Part shown: positions 16,512-26,848 of the stretch, one piece after another
Layout of the letters: each line of letters opens with the position of its first letter
Position numbering within the stretch: the stretch's first letter is position 1
DNA from: a virus
Strand: one strand, 5' to 3'
Virus record (IMG/VR): IMGVR_UViG_3300046787_000099
Location: 1 to 64,000 of that record
Length of the DNA stretch: 64,000 nt
Program-made: the position numbers and the translations under genes
Notes under the pieces: model-generated
Database searches by the model: none
Told to the model about the DNA's origin: nothing
The model's input: the letters and a program-made list of their open reading frames with translations, nothing else

Positions 16512-19500
16512 TTATTTCAATTTAGCTTCTAACTCTTTTACTTTTTGTTCTAATAGTTGCACCTTAGCAACTAACACTTCACGATATGATAGACTTAACA
16601 AGCCATTATCATTGCTTGTTACAGCACTAGGTAATAACTCTTCTACATCCTGAGCATAATATCCAACCTCTTGCTTACCGTTCTTTACATACAACTTAGC
16701 TGTAACAGAATCAATATTCTTTACAATATAGTCATCTTGTATTAATGTCTTTATTGTCTTATCTGAACTTTCAAAGAATGATGTTGCCGTGACTGAATAA
16801 TTAAATGTTGCTGCTCCACTATTTGCAAAATTGAATACCTGTGTTCCTGTGCTAGGCACGTTTTCAGATGTTGCGTTTACCCATAAAACGAATTGACCTG
16901 ACCCACTATAATCATAACCTAAACCTGCATATTTTGTTGAATTTGAATTAAATACAAATACAGGGAATGTAGCAGTAATCATTGCCGTTCTATTCCATCC
17001 ACCTGTCATTGCGGTTCCACCAATTGCATGAATTGGTGCCTGTGGTGATGATGTACCAATACCAACAAAACCTGTTTGTGTAACATACAATTTGGTTGTA
17101 TTACCTGTTGTAATTCCAACCGCTTGATTTGCTCCATCAATAAAAACTGAACTATATTGAGAATATGAACTATTCCCCATTTGAATCCTTATTTTTCTTT
17201 TTGCGTCTGTGCTTGCTGTACCCTCTGCATAAAGACCACCTCCATCATTGAAAAATTGTAGATAATCAGATGTAACACCTAAATTAACAGGGCCACTTGC
17301 TAAAATTCTCATTCTTTCTATTGCAGTTCCGCTTGTACCTGTAAAGAATCTCGTATTATATCCAACAGGTGAAGATTTAATATCAAATTCGCCACCCTCC
17401 ATTGTAATAGTCGAACTTTCTGCAATTGAACTTCTTTCAATTACAATATCACCTTTAACGTGCAATTTTCCACTTGTTGATGTTGTTCCAATTCCAAAAT
17501 TACCTGCATCAGACATAAACATTCTTGTTGCATTATCTGCTGCATTGTTAAATCTTAATCCACTTGTTCCTGAATTTATCCACGTTGTATTTCCGCCAAC
17601 TGATCCAAAAATTTGATTTGATGGGCCATAAATATATCCATATGTGTTTGATCTACCAATATATATATTTCCGCCAAATTCAGCTTGACCGACTCCGCCA
17701 TCTAATACTATTTTTTCCGCTCCTGATGAATTATAAAAATACAACTGAACATTGTTTCCACCTGTTGTGTAAAATCCTGCTCCACGATTTCCTGCTGTAT
17801 TTGCAATATCTAGTCCAAATGATGATAAAGCATTACTTGTAAATCTACCCTTGCCAACAACATCTAATTTATATCCGGCATCTGTTGTGGTATTAATAAG
17901 CACATTTCCTGTACCCATTACATAAAACTTATTTGCAACAGTTAAATCAGCACTTGAACCATCTCCTCCTGTAATGTATAATCCAAATCTTGTTCCACCT
18001 GCATTACCATAACCAAAGTACATTTTATGTCCATTAGTCGCAGTATTATCCCAAGTGCTTAACCAATCAGAACCTGATTGATTTGAAGAAATAATAGATT
18101 GAGTTGCTGTAATACTGTTGTAAAATGTAGATGCTCCTGTAAATGAAAATGATGTTGCTATAAATGCCATCGAACGATATGCCGTTGCTGCATTATTAAT
18201 AGACTGAAAACCTACACCTGAACCATTATCATAAACATCTAAATTATTATTTGTACCTGTTCTAACTGTAAATATATTAGTTGCATAAGCTCCATTAACT
18301 CCTAATTTATTGTAAAATACTGCTGAACCTGAATTTAAGATATTAAAAAGCCTTGATGTATCTTCATAATTATTTATACCAAGTACTCCACCATTTGCTG
18401 TTGAACCACCTGTAAACAAAATATTACCATAAGCACCTGAATATAAAAATCTACTATAAGAACTACCATCAGGTTTTGTATAAATTACATCGCCAACTTT
18501 GCCAACATTTAACGCATTACCAACAGTAACTGATGATTGCGTTACAATTGTAGCATTATTTAAAATTTGCATTGCAACTGAACCTGTTCCATTTACATTG
18601 TCATTTGTTGCATTTACCCAAAATGTCATACAATTAGAATAATCATATCCAATTGCACCCCACTTTGTAGCGTTTGAATTAAAAATTAATGTAGGAAATT
18701 CAGCTTGTAATGTGACTGTCTTATTCCAACCACCTGTCATTATAGCACCACCATTAACGTGTAAAATTGTAGCAGGAGATGCTGTATTTATACCAACATT
18801 TGTTCCACTATCATAGATAATACTATTTCCAATCGTTGTGCTATTAGTAAACTTAGCTATGTAGTTTGTTGTACCAGAAATAGTTCCTGCACCACTTGTA
18901 CCACTGCTACCTGCTGCTCCATTTGCACCACTCGTGCCACTTGATCCATTAGCACCATTTGCTCCTGATGTTCCAGAGGAACCATTAGCACCGTTAGCAC
19001 CACTAGTTCCGCTAGATCCACTAGAAGCTGATGTACCACTTGAAGCACTTGTACCTGAACTTCCACTAGCACCTGCTGTTCCTGAGGAAGCAGAAGTTCC
19101 ACTACTGCCACTAGTTCCACTAGTACCAGAGCTTGCACTTGTTCCAGAGCTACCATCAGCTCCTGCTGTTCCACTACTTGCAGATGTGCCTGAAGAACCA
19201 TCAGCTCCACTTGTTCCTGAAGATCCATCTGTTCCAGTAGTACCAGATGTTCCAGTAGTTCCACTTGTTGCAGATGTACCACTGCTTCCTGACTCACCAC
19301 TAGAACCAGATGAACCATCTGATCCTGATGTAGCACTTGTACCAGACGTACCTGTAGTTCCAGAAGTTCCTGTTGTTCCTGATGTCCCCGATGTAGATGT
19401 TTCTCCTGAAGAGCCACTAGATCCTGAAGTTCCAGAACTTCCTGACGTACCAGATGTTCCAGCACTACCAGACGTAGCTGATGTACCAGAGGTTCCTGTA

Positions 19501-22304
19501 GATCCACTTGTACCACTAGTGCCTGAAGAAGCTGACGTACCACTTGTACCATCTGCACCTGATGTAGCAGACGTACCGCTAGATCCATCAGATCCAGAAG
19601 TTCCTGCTGTGCCAGAGGTTGCTGAACTTCCTGAGCTTCCACTTGTGCCAGATGATCCATCTGTACCTGATGTACCTGATTCTCCTGATGATCCGCTAGT
19701 ACCAGCTGTACCCGAAGAACCATCTGTTCCTGAGCTTCCTGATGTAGCTGATGTGCCAGAGCTACCAGAGGTACCTGAAGAACCATCACCACCCACAGCA
19801 CCAGAGATGTTTACATAGAAGAAAGAAGCTGTACCACCACCAACAACATCTGTAGGAGCATCAAATAACAATTCTCCCGTAGAAGCATTGTACGATACCA
19901 CCTCAGAGGTTTGATAGTTGTTACTATCTATTGCAATGATAATGTTTTGTCCAGGAGTGTAGGCTAAGTTTGTACCCACCATAAGACCACCTGATGTACC
20001 TAGTGTAAAGGTGGTGTTAGATGTAGTGGAGTATATATCTCCTGAAAACCCTGAAGATCCAGATGTTCCAGAACTCCCACTAGAACCACTTGTGCCAGCA
20101 GTTCCACTCGTTCCTGCCGAACCACTAGTTCCTGTTGTACCAGATGTACCTGAAGGTGCTTGGAATGTTGTTGTAGAGTATGAGTAATATGAATTACCTT
20201 CTGTATAGAATGTAAATGTTTGTGTATTGTTATATGTGTTCTCTATATAGAACTTAGCATATAAACGATCTGTAGGATCAACATCACCACCAGCCCAGAA
20301 AGCATCCACATATGCTTGCTGAGGATATCCTGTATCAGAAATAGGAGCAACACTAGTAGTGAATAATAATGTATCAACACCAAGAGCCGTGTGTTTGTAA
20401 ACCTCAATCCAGATAAGAGCTGTACCTTGAGGTCTATCACTTGTTCCATGTAAGAAGAAACTCCATAAACCTGCAGGAATACTCTCTACACCAGGCACTC
20501 CACCATCTGTAGCAAATACACCAAGCACTTGAGTTACACCAGAAGCAACAGTAAATGATGCTTCTTGTTGTACAGCAGTTGTAGGAATAGGACTCCACTC
20601 TTTGTATGTAGGAGTTCCAAATGCTGGATTAGTGTCATTAGATAGGTTGAAATAATACACCTGTCCACCAGAGATACCTGATGCACCACTTGAACCACTA
20701 GTTCCTGCTGTTGCAGAGCTTCCTGAAGTTCCTGAAGATCCATCAGTACCAGTTGTTCCCGATGAGCCACTTGTCCCACTTGATCCTGAACTACCTGCTG
20801 TACCAGATGATCCACTAGATCCTGATGTGCCACTAGAGCCATCAGTTCCTGACGAACCATTTGTACCACTAGAACCATCAGTACCCGATGATCCTGATGT
20901 ACCTGAACTAGCAGAAGTACCTGAGCTTCCAGACGTACCGCTACTTGCTGATGTACCACTTGAGCCTGAGCTCGCTGATGTACCAGAAGATGCAGAAGAA
21001 CCTGAAGAGCCTGACGTGCCTGAAGAACCATCTGTTCCAGATGATCCGTTAGTTCCTGATGAACCTGAAGAAGCACTTGTACCTGAGGAACCTGATGTTC
21101 CTGAAGAGGCAGACGTACCACTAGAACCACTAGATGCACTTGTACCTGAGCTTCCAGAAGAAGCAGATGTACCTGAACTAGCTGATGTTCCGCTAGAGCC
21201 ACTAGTGCCAGCAGTTCCTGATGTACCATTAGAACCATCTGTTCCATTTGTACCTGCTGTAGCAGAAGTTCCAGAAGATCCATTTGTTCCAGATGTACCA
21301 GAGCTTCCGTTAGTTCCTGAAGTTCCTGTTGTACCTGAAGTACCTGATGAACCATCTCCTCCTGATGCACCATCTAAGTTAACTGTCCATGATGAGTATG
21401 TACCAGATCCAACTGTTCTATTAGGAGCAGCAAATTGTAACTCTCCTGTTAATGAGTTATACGATATAACCTCACACTCTTGGAAGTTAGATGTATTATA
21501 AACAACAATAATTGATTGTGCAGGGCTGTATGCCAATGCTGTACCAATTGTTATTGTACCAGCATTACCTAATGTAAATGATGTTGTAGAAGTTGTTCTA
21601 TATCTATCTCCTGATAAACCGCTACTAGCAGAAGAACCAGATGATCCACTAGTACCTGAGGTACCTGTTGTACCTGTTGATCCATTAGTACCAGAACTCC
21701 CTGATGTGCCAGAAGTACCACGAGAACCTGAAGATCCCGATGTACCACTTGTTCCTGTAGAGCCTGATGTACCGTTTGATCCATTGTGACCAGATGTACC
21801 ATTGCTACCATTAGCACCATTGGTACCACTAGAGCCGCTTCTTCCTGATGTACCTGACGTACCCTTAGATCCAGAGATACCAGATGTACCTGTCGAACCA
21901 CTAGTACCTGAGGTACCAGCAGTGCCATAGAAATAACCTAATGTACCATCTCCTTTAACATATTGATTAGACGTTCCTCCTGTTGTACGGAATGCTAATG
22001 CTTCAATAGGTCCTTCAAGAGTTAACTTGTAGTTACCTGCAATCGTTGTATCCTTAATGAATGATCCACCTAACTCAACAGGCTGTCCTGTGCCTGATTG
22101 AACAATACCATTTTGGAATACATATCCTACATTGATCTCTTCAAACTTCTCATTGATTGATTGTAGAGCTTCTTGTAATGTATCGTTTGTATTGACACCA
22201 ATATATACCAAATTGCTTCCTTCATAGAAGACACAGTTTGCTGACAACACCACAGGACATGGAGCAGCAGAACAAATGGTAGGTGAAGTGGAAGTAACAT
22301 TCAT
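16512..22304 (-). CDS. Tail fibre with Gly-Ser/Thr collagen-like blocks and C-terminal peptidase S74-like chaperone
   Basis: 1930 aa; (G-T/S-S)n runs; NVGINT/NFGIGT/FVGIGTSSP fibre repeats; FFESSDKTIK..VGYYAQDVEELLPSAV..LSLSY..coiled coil. Confidence 0.85.
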   Translation of the reverse strand: MNVTSTSPTICSAAPCPVVLSANCVFYEGSNLVYIGVNTNDTLQEALQSINEKFEEINVGYVFQNGIVQSGTGQPVELGGSFIKDTTIAGNYKLTLEGPIEALAFRTTGGTSNQYVKGDGTLGYFYGTAGTSGTSGSTGTSGISGSKGTSGTSGRSGSSGTNGANGSNGTSGHNGSNGTSGSTGTSGTSGSSGSRGTSGTSGSSGTNGSTGTTGTSGTSGSSGSSASSGLSGDRYRTTSTTSFTLGNAGTITIGTALAYSPAQSIIVVYNTSNFQECEVISYNSLTGELQFAAPNRTVGSGTYSSWTVNLDGASGGDGSSGTSGTTGTSGTNGSSGTSGTNGSSGTSATAGTNGTDGSNGTSGTAGTSGSSGTSASSGTSASSGSSGTSASSGSSGTSASSGTSGSSGTSASSGSSGTNGSSGTDGSSGTSGSSGSSASSGTSASSGSSGTSASSGTSGSSGTSASSGTSGSSGTDGSSGTNGSSGTDGSSGTSGSSGSSGTAGSSGSSGTSGSSGTTGTDGSSGTSGSSATAGTSGSSGASGISGGQVYYFNLSNDTNPAFGTPTYKEWSPIPTTAVQQEASFTVASGVTQVLGVFATDGGVPGVESIPAGLWSFFLHGTSDRPQGTALIWIEVYKHTALGVDTLLFTTSVAPISDTGYPQQAYVDAFWAGGDVDPTDRLYAKFYIENTYNNTQTFTFYTEGNSYYSYSTTTFQAPSGTSGTTGTSGSAGTSGTAGTSGSSGSSGTSGSSGFSGDIYSTTSNTTFTLGTSGGLMVGTNLAYTPGQNIIIAIDSNNYQTSEVVSYNASTGELLFDAPTDVVGGGTASFFYVNISGAVGGDGSSGTSGSSGTSATSGSSGTDGSSGTAGTSGSSGESGTSGTDGSSGTSGSSGSSATSGTAGTSGSDGSSGTSATSGADGTSGTSASSGTSGTSGSTGTSGTSATSGSAGTSGTSGSSGTSGSSGSSGETSTSGTSGTTGTSGTTGTSGTSATSGSDGSSGSSGESGSSGTSATSGTTGTSGTTGTDGSSGTSGADGSSGTSASSGTAGADGSSGTSASSGTSGTSGSSGTSASSGTAGASGSSGTSASSGTSASSGSSGTSGANGANGSSGTSGANGANGSSGTSGANGAAGSSGTSGAGTISGTTNYIAKFTNSTTIGNSIIYDSGTNVGINTASPATILHVNGGAIMTGGWNKTVTLQAEFPTLIFNSNATKWGAIGYDYSNCMTFWVNATNDNVNGTGSVAMQILNNATIVTQSSVTVGNALNVGKVGDVIYTKPDGSSYSRFLYSGAYGNILFTGGSTANGGVLGINNYEDTSRLFNILNSGSAVFYNKLGVNGAYATNIFTVRTGTNNNLDVYDNGSGVGFQSINNAATAYRSMAFIATSFSFTGASTFYNSITATQSIISSNQSGSDWLSTWDNTATNGHKMYFGYGNAGGTRFGLYITGGDGSSADLTVANKFYVMGTGNVLINTTTDAGYKLDVVGKGRFTSNALSSFGLDIANTAGNRGAGFYTTGGNNVQLYFYNSSGAEKIVLDGGVGQAEFGGNIYIGRSNTYGYIYGPSNQIFGSVGGNTTWINSGTSGLRFNNAADNATRMFMSDAGNFGIGTTSTSGKLHVKGDIVIERSSIAESSTITMEGGEFDIKSSPVGYNTRFFTGTSGTAIERMRILASGPVNLGVTSDYLQFFNDGGGLYAEGTASTDAKRKIRIQMGNSSYSQYSSVFIDGANQAVGITTGNTTKLYVTQTGFVGIGTSSPQAPIHAIGGTAMTGGWNRTAMITATFPVFVFNSNSTKYAGLGYDYSGSGQFVLWVNATSENVPSTGTQVFNFANSGAATFNYSVTATSFFESSDKTIKTLIQDDYIVKNIDSVTAKLYVKNGKQEVGYYAQDVEELLPSAVTSNDNGLLSLSYREVLVAKVQLLEQKVKELEAKLK
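18885..21925 (-). repeat. Degenerate 9-bp-period coding repeats (Gly-X-Y) in four blocks
   Basis: Approximate blocks 21615-21925, 20670-21360, 20040-20155 and 18885-19790, separated by globular domains. Confidence 0.85.
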
Positions 22305-22345
22305 TATAGACAGGAATTAAAAGTCATGGAGATTTTAAATAGTAA

Positions 22346-22353
22346 CAAAAATA
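22346..22353 (-). promoter_or_regulatory. Bacteroidota-type -7 element (TATTTTTG)
   Basis: TAnnTTTG match in the gap upstream of the fibre gene. Confidence 0.4.
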
Positions 22354-22409
22354 GAAAATTATTCTATTGATTTTGTCCTATAAACAAACTATGCTACATA
22401 ATATAGCAA

Positions 22410-25400
22410 TTAGCGATTGCTTTCTTTATTGATTGTTACATCAAATTCTTTAGCAAATTCGCTGTTCAAAATAGATAGATATGTTACAACAGATTTGGTA
22501 ACAGGAAGCATCTTCATAGCATACTTGATAGGCTGAGCTTTCTTACGAACATCATCATAACTTGTCTTAGGATCTGTATCCATTCCTGTTATTTGCATCA
22601 TGGAGTGCTTAGTAAATTTACTAATGTCTCCAGCAATACCCATAGCTGGAAACATACCACCATTCAACAGGTTCTGGAACTCAGCAGGATTGTAGAAGAA
22701 CATAAGCTCACCTACAAACTTATCCATAACTCTCAATGTATAACGATGGAAGTTCTTACTAGCTTTATCATCGTCATCATCTGGAGCAGTGAAGCCTAAT
22801 GCAAACATCATACCCATCAATGATCCTAATATGGCAAGTTCTTTCAACTGATTACGTAGATTGATTCTAATCATATCTATGAAATCTTCTCTAGACATGT
22901 TCAAAGGTTCACCAGTTTCTTCCTCATACTTAGCAGCAAAGTCTTGGTAGTATCTATCCAAAGCCTCGATACCAGCATCATTCATCTTCATGATGTTTAG
23001 AATATCATTTGACTTGTTCTCAATAGAAGATGCAAGTACATATCCTAGTAAACGAACTCTACCAATATCATATTTCTCACCAGAGATGGTGCTGATTAAA
23101 TCTCCTGTATCAGGATCAATCTCCTCATTGATGATTGTAGAGAAGTCATCACTCACCTTTCTGAACTCAGAGAAACGTGTATCAGCTAGTTTAGGAATCC
23201 AGTTCTTAAACACCATCATAGACTTAGTCCAGATAGACATAGACATTCTGTTCACATCACTGTCTGACATACCACCAGTAGCATTTCTTGAGATACGTCT
23301 AGATAAGTTTGTCAATCGTTGAAGCTCAGCTCTGTTGCTTAAATCTAATCCAGGGATTACAAGCTGACCATCCTCTAGCTTTCTTGTAACAGAGACAGCA
23401 CGTGTAGCCTTTAACTCCTCAATCTCTTTTTCAATAGCTTCCTTAGAGTTTCTATACTCAGCTGCTGAGTTGTATCTGTTCTTATACTTAGCTTTTACAA
23501 ACTCATTGATGTTAACTAGTCTACCATCCTCTACCATTGTGTTTTGTAACAATGTTAAGAACACAGACTTCTCGATAACCTGCTCAGGATATCTCATGAA
23601 CACCATAAGGATATCACCAAGGTTGTTACGAGTAAGCTTAGACATACCAGCTTTATTGAATTCTTCATAAGCAGGATCATCCTTTAGAGGCATAAATGTA
23701 TTCACCAATTGGATGAATATTTCTTTATCCTCATTGTTCTGGAAGTCTTGCTTAATTATCTTAGCTTCGTTCTTAGCAAACTCTCTGGTTTTGAAGTAGT
23801 TACCAGACTGTGCAGCCATCTGTACGTTACCGCCAAAAGCATTGACAGCACCTGAGATGAACTCAAATCCTAATGTCTTTAGTTGGAATCCTCTGTTAGC
23901 AGCATCAATTGTTTTCATCAATGATGTAGCAGTTGGATTCTCATTCTCTTTCCACACCTCTTTACCAGCTAGTGCATTAACTCCTTTCTTAACAAAGTTA
24001 ACTACCTTACCAACATTCAGAGGAGTGTCACTATCAGACAATACATACTTTTGATCGTAAAGAAGAACACGTAAGAAGTCATCATACATCTTTGTATTCT
24101 CTTCATTACCTGGAAGTTCTTCTAACTTGTTATCACCCTTCTTAACAACGTTACCTATTCTTGTAGTGTTTAAGTGTCCCTTGAACTCTTCAATAGTCTT
24201 GACAAGTTTCAATTGTCCTTCTACATCAGATAGGTACTTATACTTATTCACTTGCTGTAAATAAAGAATCATGTTCTTGAACAAGTCTTCACTTACCTGT
24301 GAGTAGTCGTTTGGATTCTCAGAGTCTTTAACAAAGTCTCTAGTGTAATACTTAGGGATGCTATTCTCTAGCTCTCCTGTCACCTCATTAATCTCACCAT
24401 AGCCAACATCATCAGGATTGATCTGTAAGCTATCATAGAAGTTAGACATGACAGATAACTTGTTATCCCATACCAACTGCTCAGCCATAGTCTTTCTAAT
24501 GAATGGCAAGAAGGTAGATGCTACTTGATTTTGAATGTATCCAGCATCCTTAGCTTTAGTATTAATCTTAGTGATGAAATTGTATAGAGCTAGTAAGTCT
24601 TCATCCTTCTCAATAGCTTTGTATTGATCAGAGAACCATTTGTCTTGAGGATGTCTCTTAAGAATGTAGTTATTGAAACCATCAAACTTAGGATTGTCAA
24701 TATCAAGTTCTTGCTTAGCTTTCTCAACTAATGCTTTCTTAGTTTGCTCAACCTCCTCATCTGTACCAGCATAGTTGTTGTTATTGATACGTGCAATACG
24801 TTTCTCAAGAAGAGCATTAGCTTCTTTCTTGTAGGCTTCAATATCAACATTGTTTTGCAACCAGTCCATATCCCCACCCTTAGCAGCTTTCTCTGACAAC
24901 TCATCATAGAACTTCTTAGAGTACTTATAGATAAGTTGGTTAGAAAGTTTACCCTCGGTGTCTTTCTGATATAACTGTTGCACTAGCTTTCTAAGATCTC
25001 CACCACGTTCAGCAAGCTTAGTTCTAATAGCCATTAACTCTTGCACCTCAGCAAATGAATCTTCTGATGCTCTACCTTGTGCAGCTCTAGTTAACTTATA
25101 CAATACTTGTAACGCACGTAATGGTAAATCAGATACACCTCTGAACAATGATCCAAGTCCTTTTACTACAGCCTCAGCCTTTGTAAGACCAGCAACTAAG
25201 TTCTTCTCACCAATATGTTTGTCAGCAAACTTCTCAGCTGCTTTGATAATAGTATTCTTAGACTTAAAGATGCTATCAGACTCAGCACGTAAGTCATCTA
25301 ATATCTTCTTTCTCTCAGCAATCTCTGCTTTCTCCTCATCACTAGTAGCCTCCTCTTCCATCTCTGGAGTGTAGATAAGATCATCAATCTCTCTAGAGAT

Positions 25401-26846
25401 GTTCTCAAACACTTGAGCTAACTTGATGTAGCTGTTCATATCATCTGCAAAGTCAGACAACTGAGAGTTCTCAAAGTCTGTAGATGTTACAGGAACATTA
25501 GCATAAGTAGTATCGTACTCATTGATGATTCTCTCACCTTCTTTTCTAGTAACCTGGATTACATCAATCAGGTAACGAATGTTCTGTGTAGATTGTACAA
25601 GACGAATAGCTTGTCTCACCTTATTCAAACGTTCGTTCTTTAACTTACGTTCTTCTTCATCAGCTACCTTCTCTTTCTCTAGCTGACGAGTTAATCCATT
25701 CAGCTTAGCAATTACAGCATCAAGTCTAGCTTCTCCTGTAGATTCAGTTTGTTCCGAGATAGGAACTAAACGTAGATCAACAATCTGAGAAGCATCAGCA
25801 GAACCAGTAGCAATACCTTCAAGTACAGGTAACTTATCTTTAGAGAAAGCAAACTCCATCAAGAATGGAATAGCTCTCATTTTACCAAAGCTCTTTACAT
25901 CATAGTTCTCCTGTAGCATTTGTTTGTATCTACCGATCTGAACATCGTATGCTCCTTGTTTGTACCAAGGCACATCTGTTTCTTTCTCAGATACATACAT
26001 AAACTTCCAGTCAAGGATAGTTGTCTTACCCTCAGGATCAACAGCCAAGAAGTCAATAGTACCAGCCTCTTCTAGTTTAGGATCGTAGATCATCACCTCA
26101 GAGAATACTAATGTACCCTTAGGTAAACTGTTCACTGTATCAACATAGTATTTCTCTAATTGAGAATACATAGCTTGAGATGTTACATTGAACTTAGCTG
26201 GTCTAGGATCAGGTGTCTGTTTCTTAGTACCATCCTTGTTATAGAAACGATCATGGATTTCTTCTAAGTCCTTGTGTCCTTCAACACCAAACTTTCTCTT
26301 GATCTCATTGAACTTTGTATCAAACTCAGAGAACTTCTTAGTACCAAACTTGTTTCTGTACCAAGCTTTCACACGGTCAGTAACACGTTTAGTAACTCTT
26401 TTGTAAGTACCATCAGGTTGTTTCACCTCATAGTAGTTACTAGCTTCTTCAGAGTCAGCAAGCAATGGATCAACAGGTTCACTGCTCTCTACCTTTCTGA
26501 TAGTACTCTTAGTCTGTTGGATTCTATCCTGTACAGCTTTCTGTTTCTCAGTAACTTCGAACTCAACTTCTATTGGAACAATCTCCTCAGAGATACCACG
26601 ATTAGATATATAATCATTTAACGTAGCTAATGTAGGCTCACCATTAGTATCTAGTTCTACTTCAGTAGCACCTTTCTGCCATTCTGTAAACGTAGGTGTA
26701 TATACCTGAGCCCAAGCTTTTAAGGCATCTTCCTTATTAGGCTCTTGCTTCAATATATCATTGTAGAGTAAAGACTCCTTACCATTAGAAGCATTCACTC
26801 TTACAACCTCACCAGTTTTTTTATTTCTAATTATACTACAAGCCAT
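22410..26846 (-). CDS. Large virion cargo/ejection protein with PD-(D/E)xK nuclease-like domain
   Basis: G..GH..LE, SEVMI, AGTIDFLAVDPEGKTTILDWKF, QIGRY motifs; hydrophobic segment near the C-terminus; follows the RNAP gene. Confidence 0.7.
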   Translation of the reverse strand: MACSIIRNKKTGEVVRVNASNGKESLLYNDILKQEPNKEDALKAWAQVYTPTFTEWQKGATEVELDTNGEPTLATLNDYISNRGISEEIVPIEVEFEVTEKQKAVQDRIQQTKSTIRKVESSEPVDPLLADSEEASNYYEVKQPDGTYKRVTKRVTDRVKAWYRNKFGTKKFSEFDTKFNEIKRKFGVEGHKDLEEIHDRFYNKDGTKKQTPDPRPAKFNVTSQAMYSQLEKYYVDTVNSLPKGTLVFSEVMIYDPKLEEAGTIDFLAVDPEGKTTILDWKFMYVSEKETDVPWYKQGAYDVQIGRYKQMLQENYDVKSFGKMRAIPFLMEFAFSKDKLPVLEGIATGSADASQIVDLRLVPISEQTESTGEARLDAVIAKLNGLTRQLEKEKVADEEERKLKNERLNKVRQAIRLVQSTQNIRYLIDVIQVTRKEGERIINEYDTTYANVPVTSTDFENSQLSDFADDMNSYIKLAQVFENISREIDDLIYTPEMEEEATSDEEKAEIAERKKILDDLRAESDSIFKSKNTIIKAAEKFADKHIGEKNLVAGLTKAEAVVKGLGSLFRGVSDLPLRALQVLYKLTRAAQGRASEDSFAEVQELMAIRTKLAERGGDLRKLVQQLYQKDTEGKLSNQLIYKYSKKFYDELSEKAAKGGDMDWLQNNVDIEAYKKEANALLEKRIARINNNNYAGTDEEVEQTKKALVEKAKQELDIDNPKFDGFNNYILKRHPQDKWFSDQYKAIEKDEDLLALYNFITKINTKAKDAGYIQNQVASTFLPFIRKTMAEQLVWDNKLSVMSNFYDSLQINPDDVGYGEINEVTGELENSIPKYYTRDFVKDSENPNDYSQVSEDLFKNMILYLQQVNKYKYLSDVEGQLKLVKTIEEFKGHLNTTRIGNVVKKGDNKLEELPGNEENTKMYDDFLRVLLYDQKYVLSDSDTPLNVGKVVNFVKKGVNALAGKEVWKENENPTATSLMKTIDAANRGFQLKTLGFEFISGAVNAFGGNVQMAAQSGNYFKTREFAKNEAKIIKQDFQNNEDKEIFIQLVNTFMPLKDDPAYEEFNKAGMSKLTRNNLGDILMVFMRYPEQVIEKSVFLTLLQNTMVEDGRLVNINEFVKAKYKNRYNSAAEYRNSKEAIEKEIEELKATRAVSVTRKLEDGQLVIPGLDLSNRAELQRLTNLSRRISRNATGGMSDSDVNRMSMSIWTKSMMVFKNWIPKLADTRFSEFRKVSDDFSTIINEEIDPDTGDLISTISGEKYDIGRVRLLGYVLASSIENKSNDILNIMKMNDAGIEALDRYYQDFAAKYEEETGEPLNMSREDFIDMIRINLRNQLKELAILGSLMGMMFALGFTAPDDDDDKASKNFHRYTLRVMDKFVGELMFFYNPAEFQNLLNGGMFPAMGIAGDISKFTKHSMMQITGMDTDPKTSYDDVRKKAQPIKYAMKMLPVTKSVVTYLSILNSEFAKEFDVTINKESNR

Positions 26847-26848
26847 AA

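Noticed and set aside
16512-18880. Diversity-generating retroelement target in the fibre
   Set aside because: No reverse transcriptase, and no near-identical TR/VR pair differing only at adenines; the duplicated domains are diverged at all positions
18885-21925. Possible CRISPR array or DNA tandem repeat
   Set aside because: No identical repeats with unique spacers; the periodicity is at codon level inside a CDS
18857-21928. Long alternative-frame and antisense ORFs (314, 294, 279, 224, 119 aa)
   Set aside because: Shadows of the Gly-Ser/Thr repeat, which lacks stop codons in other frames
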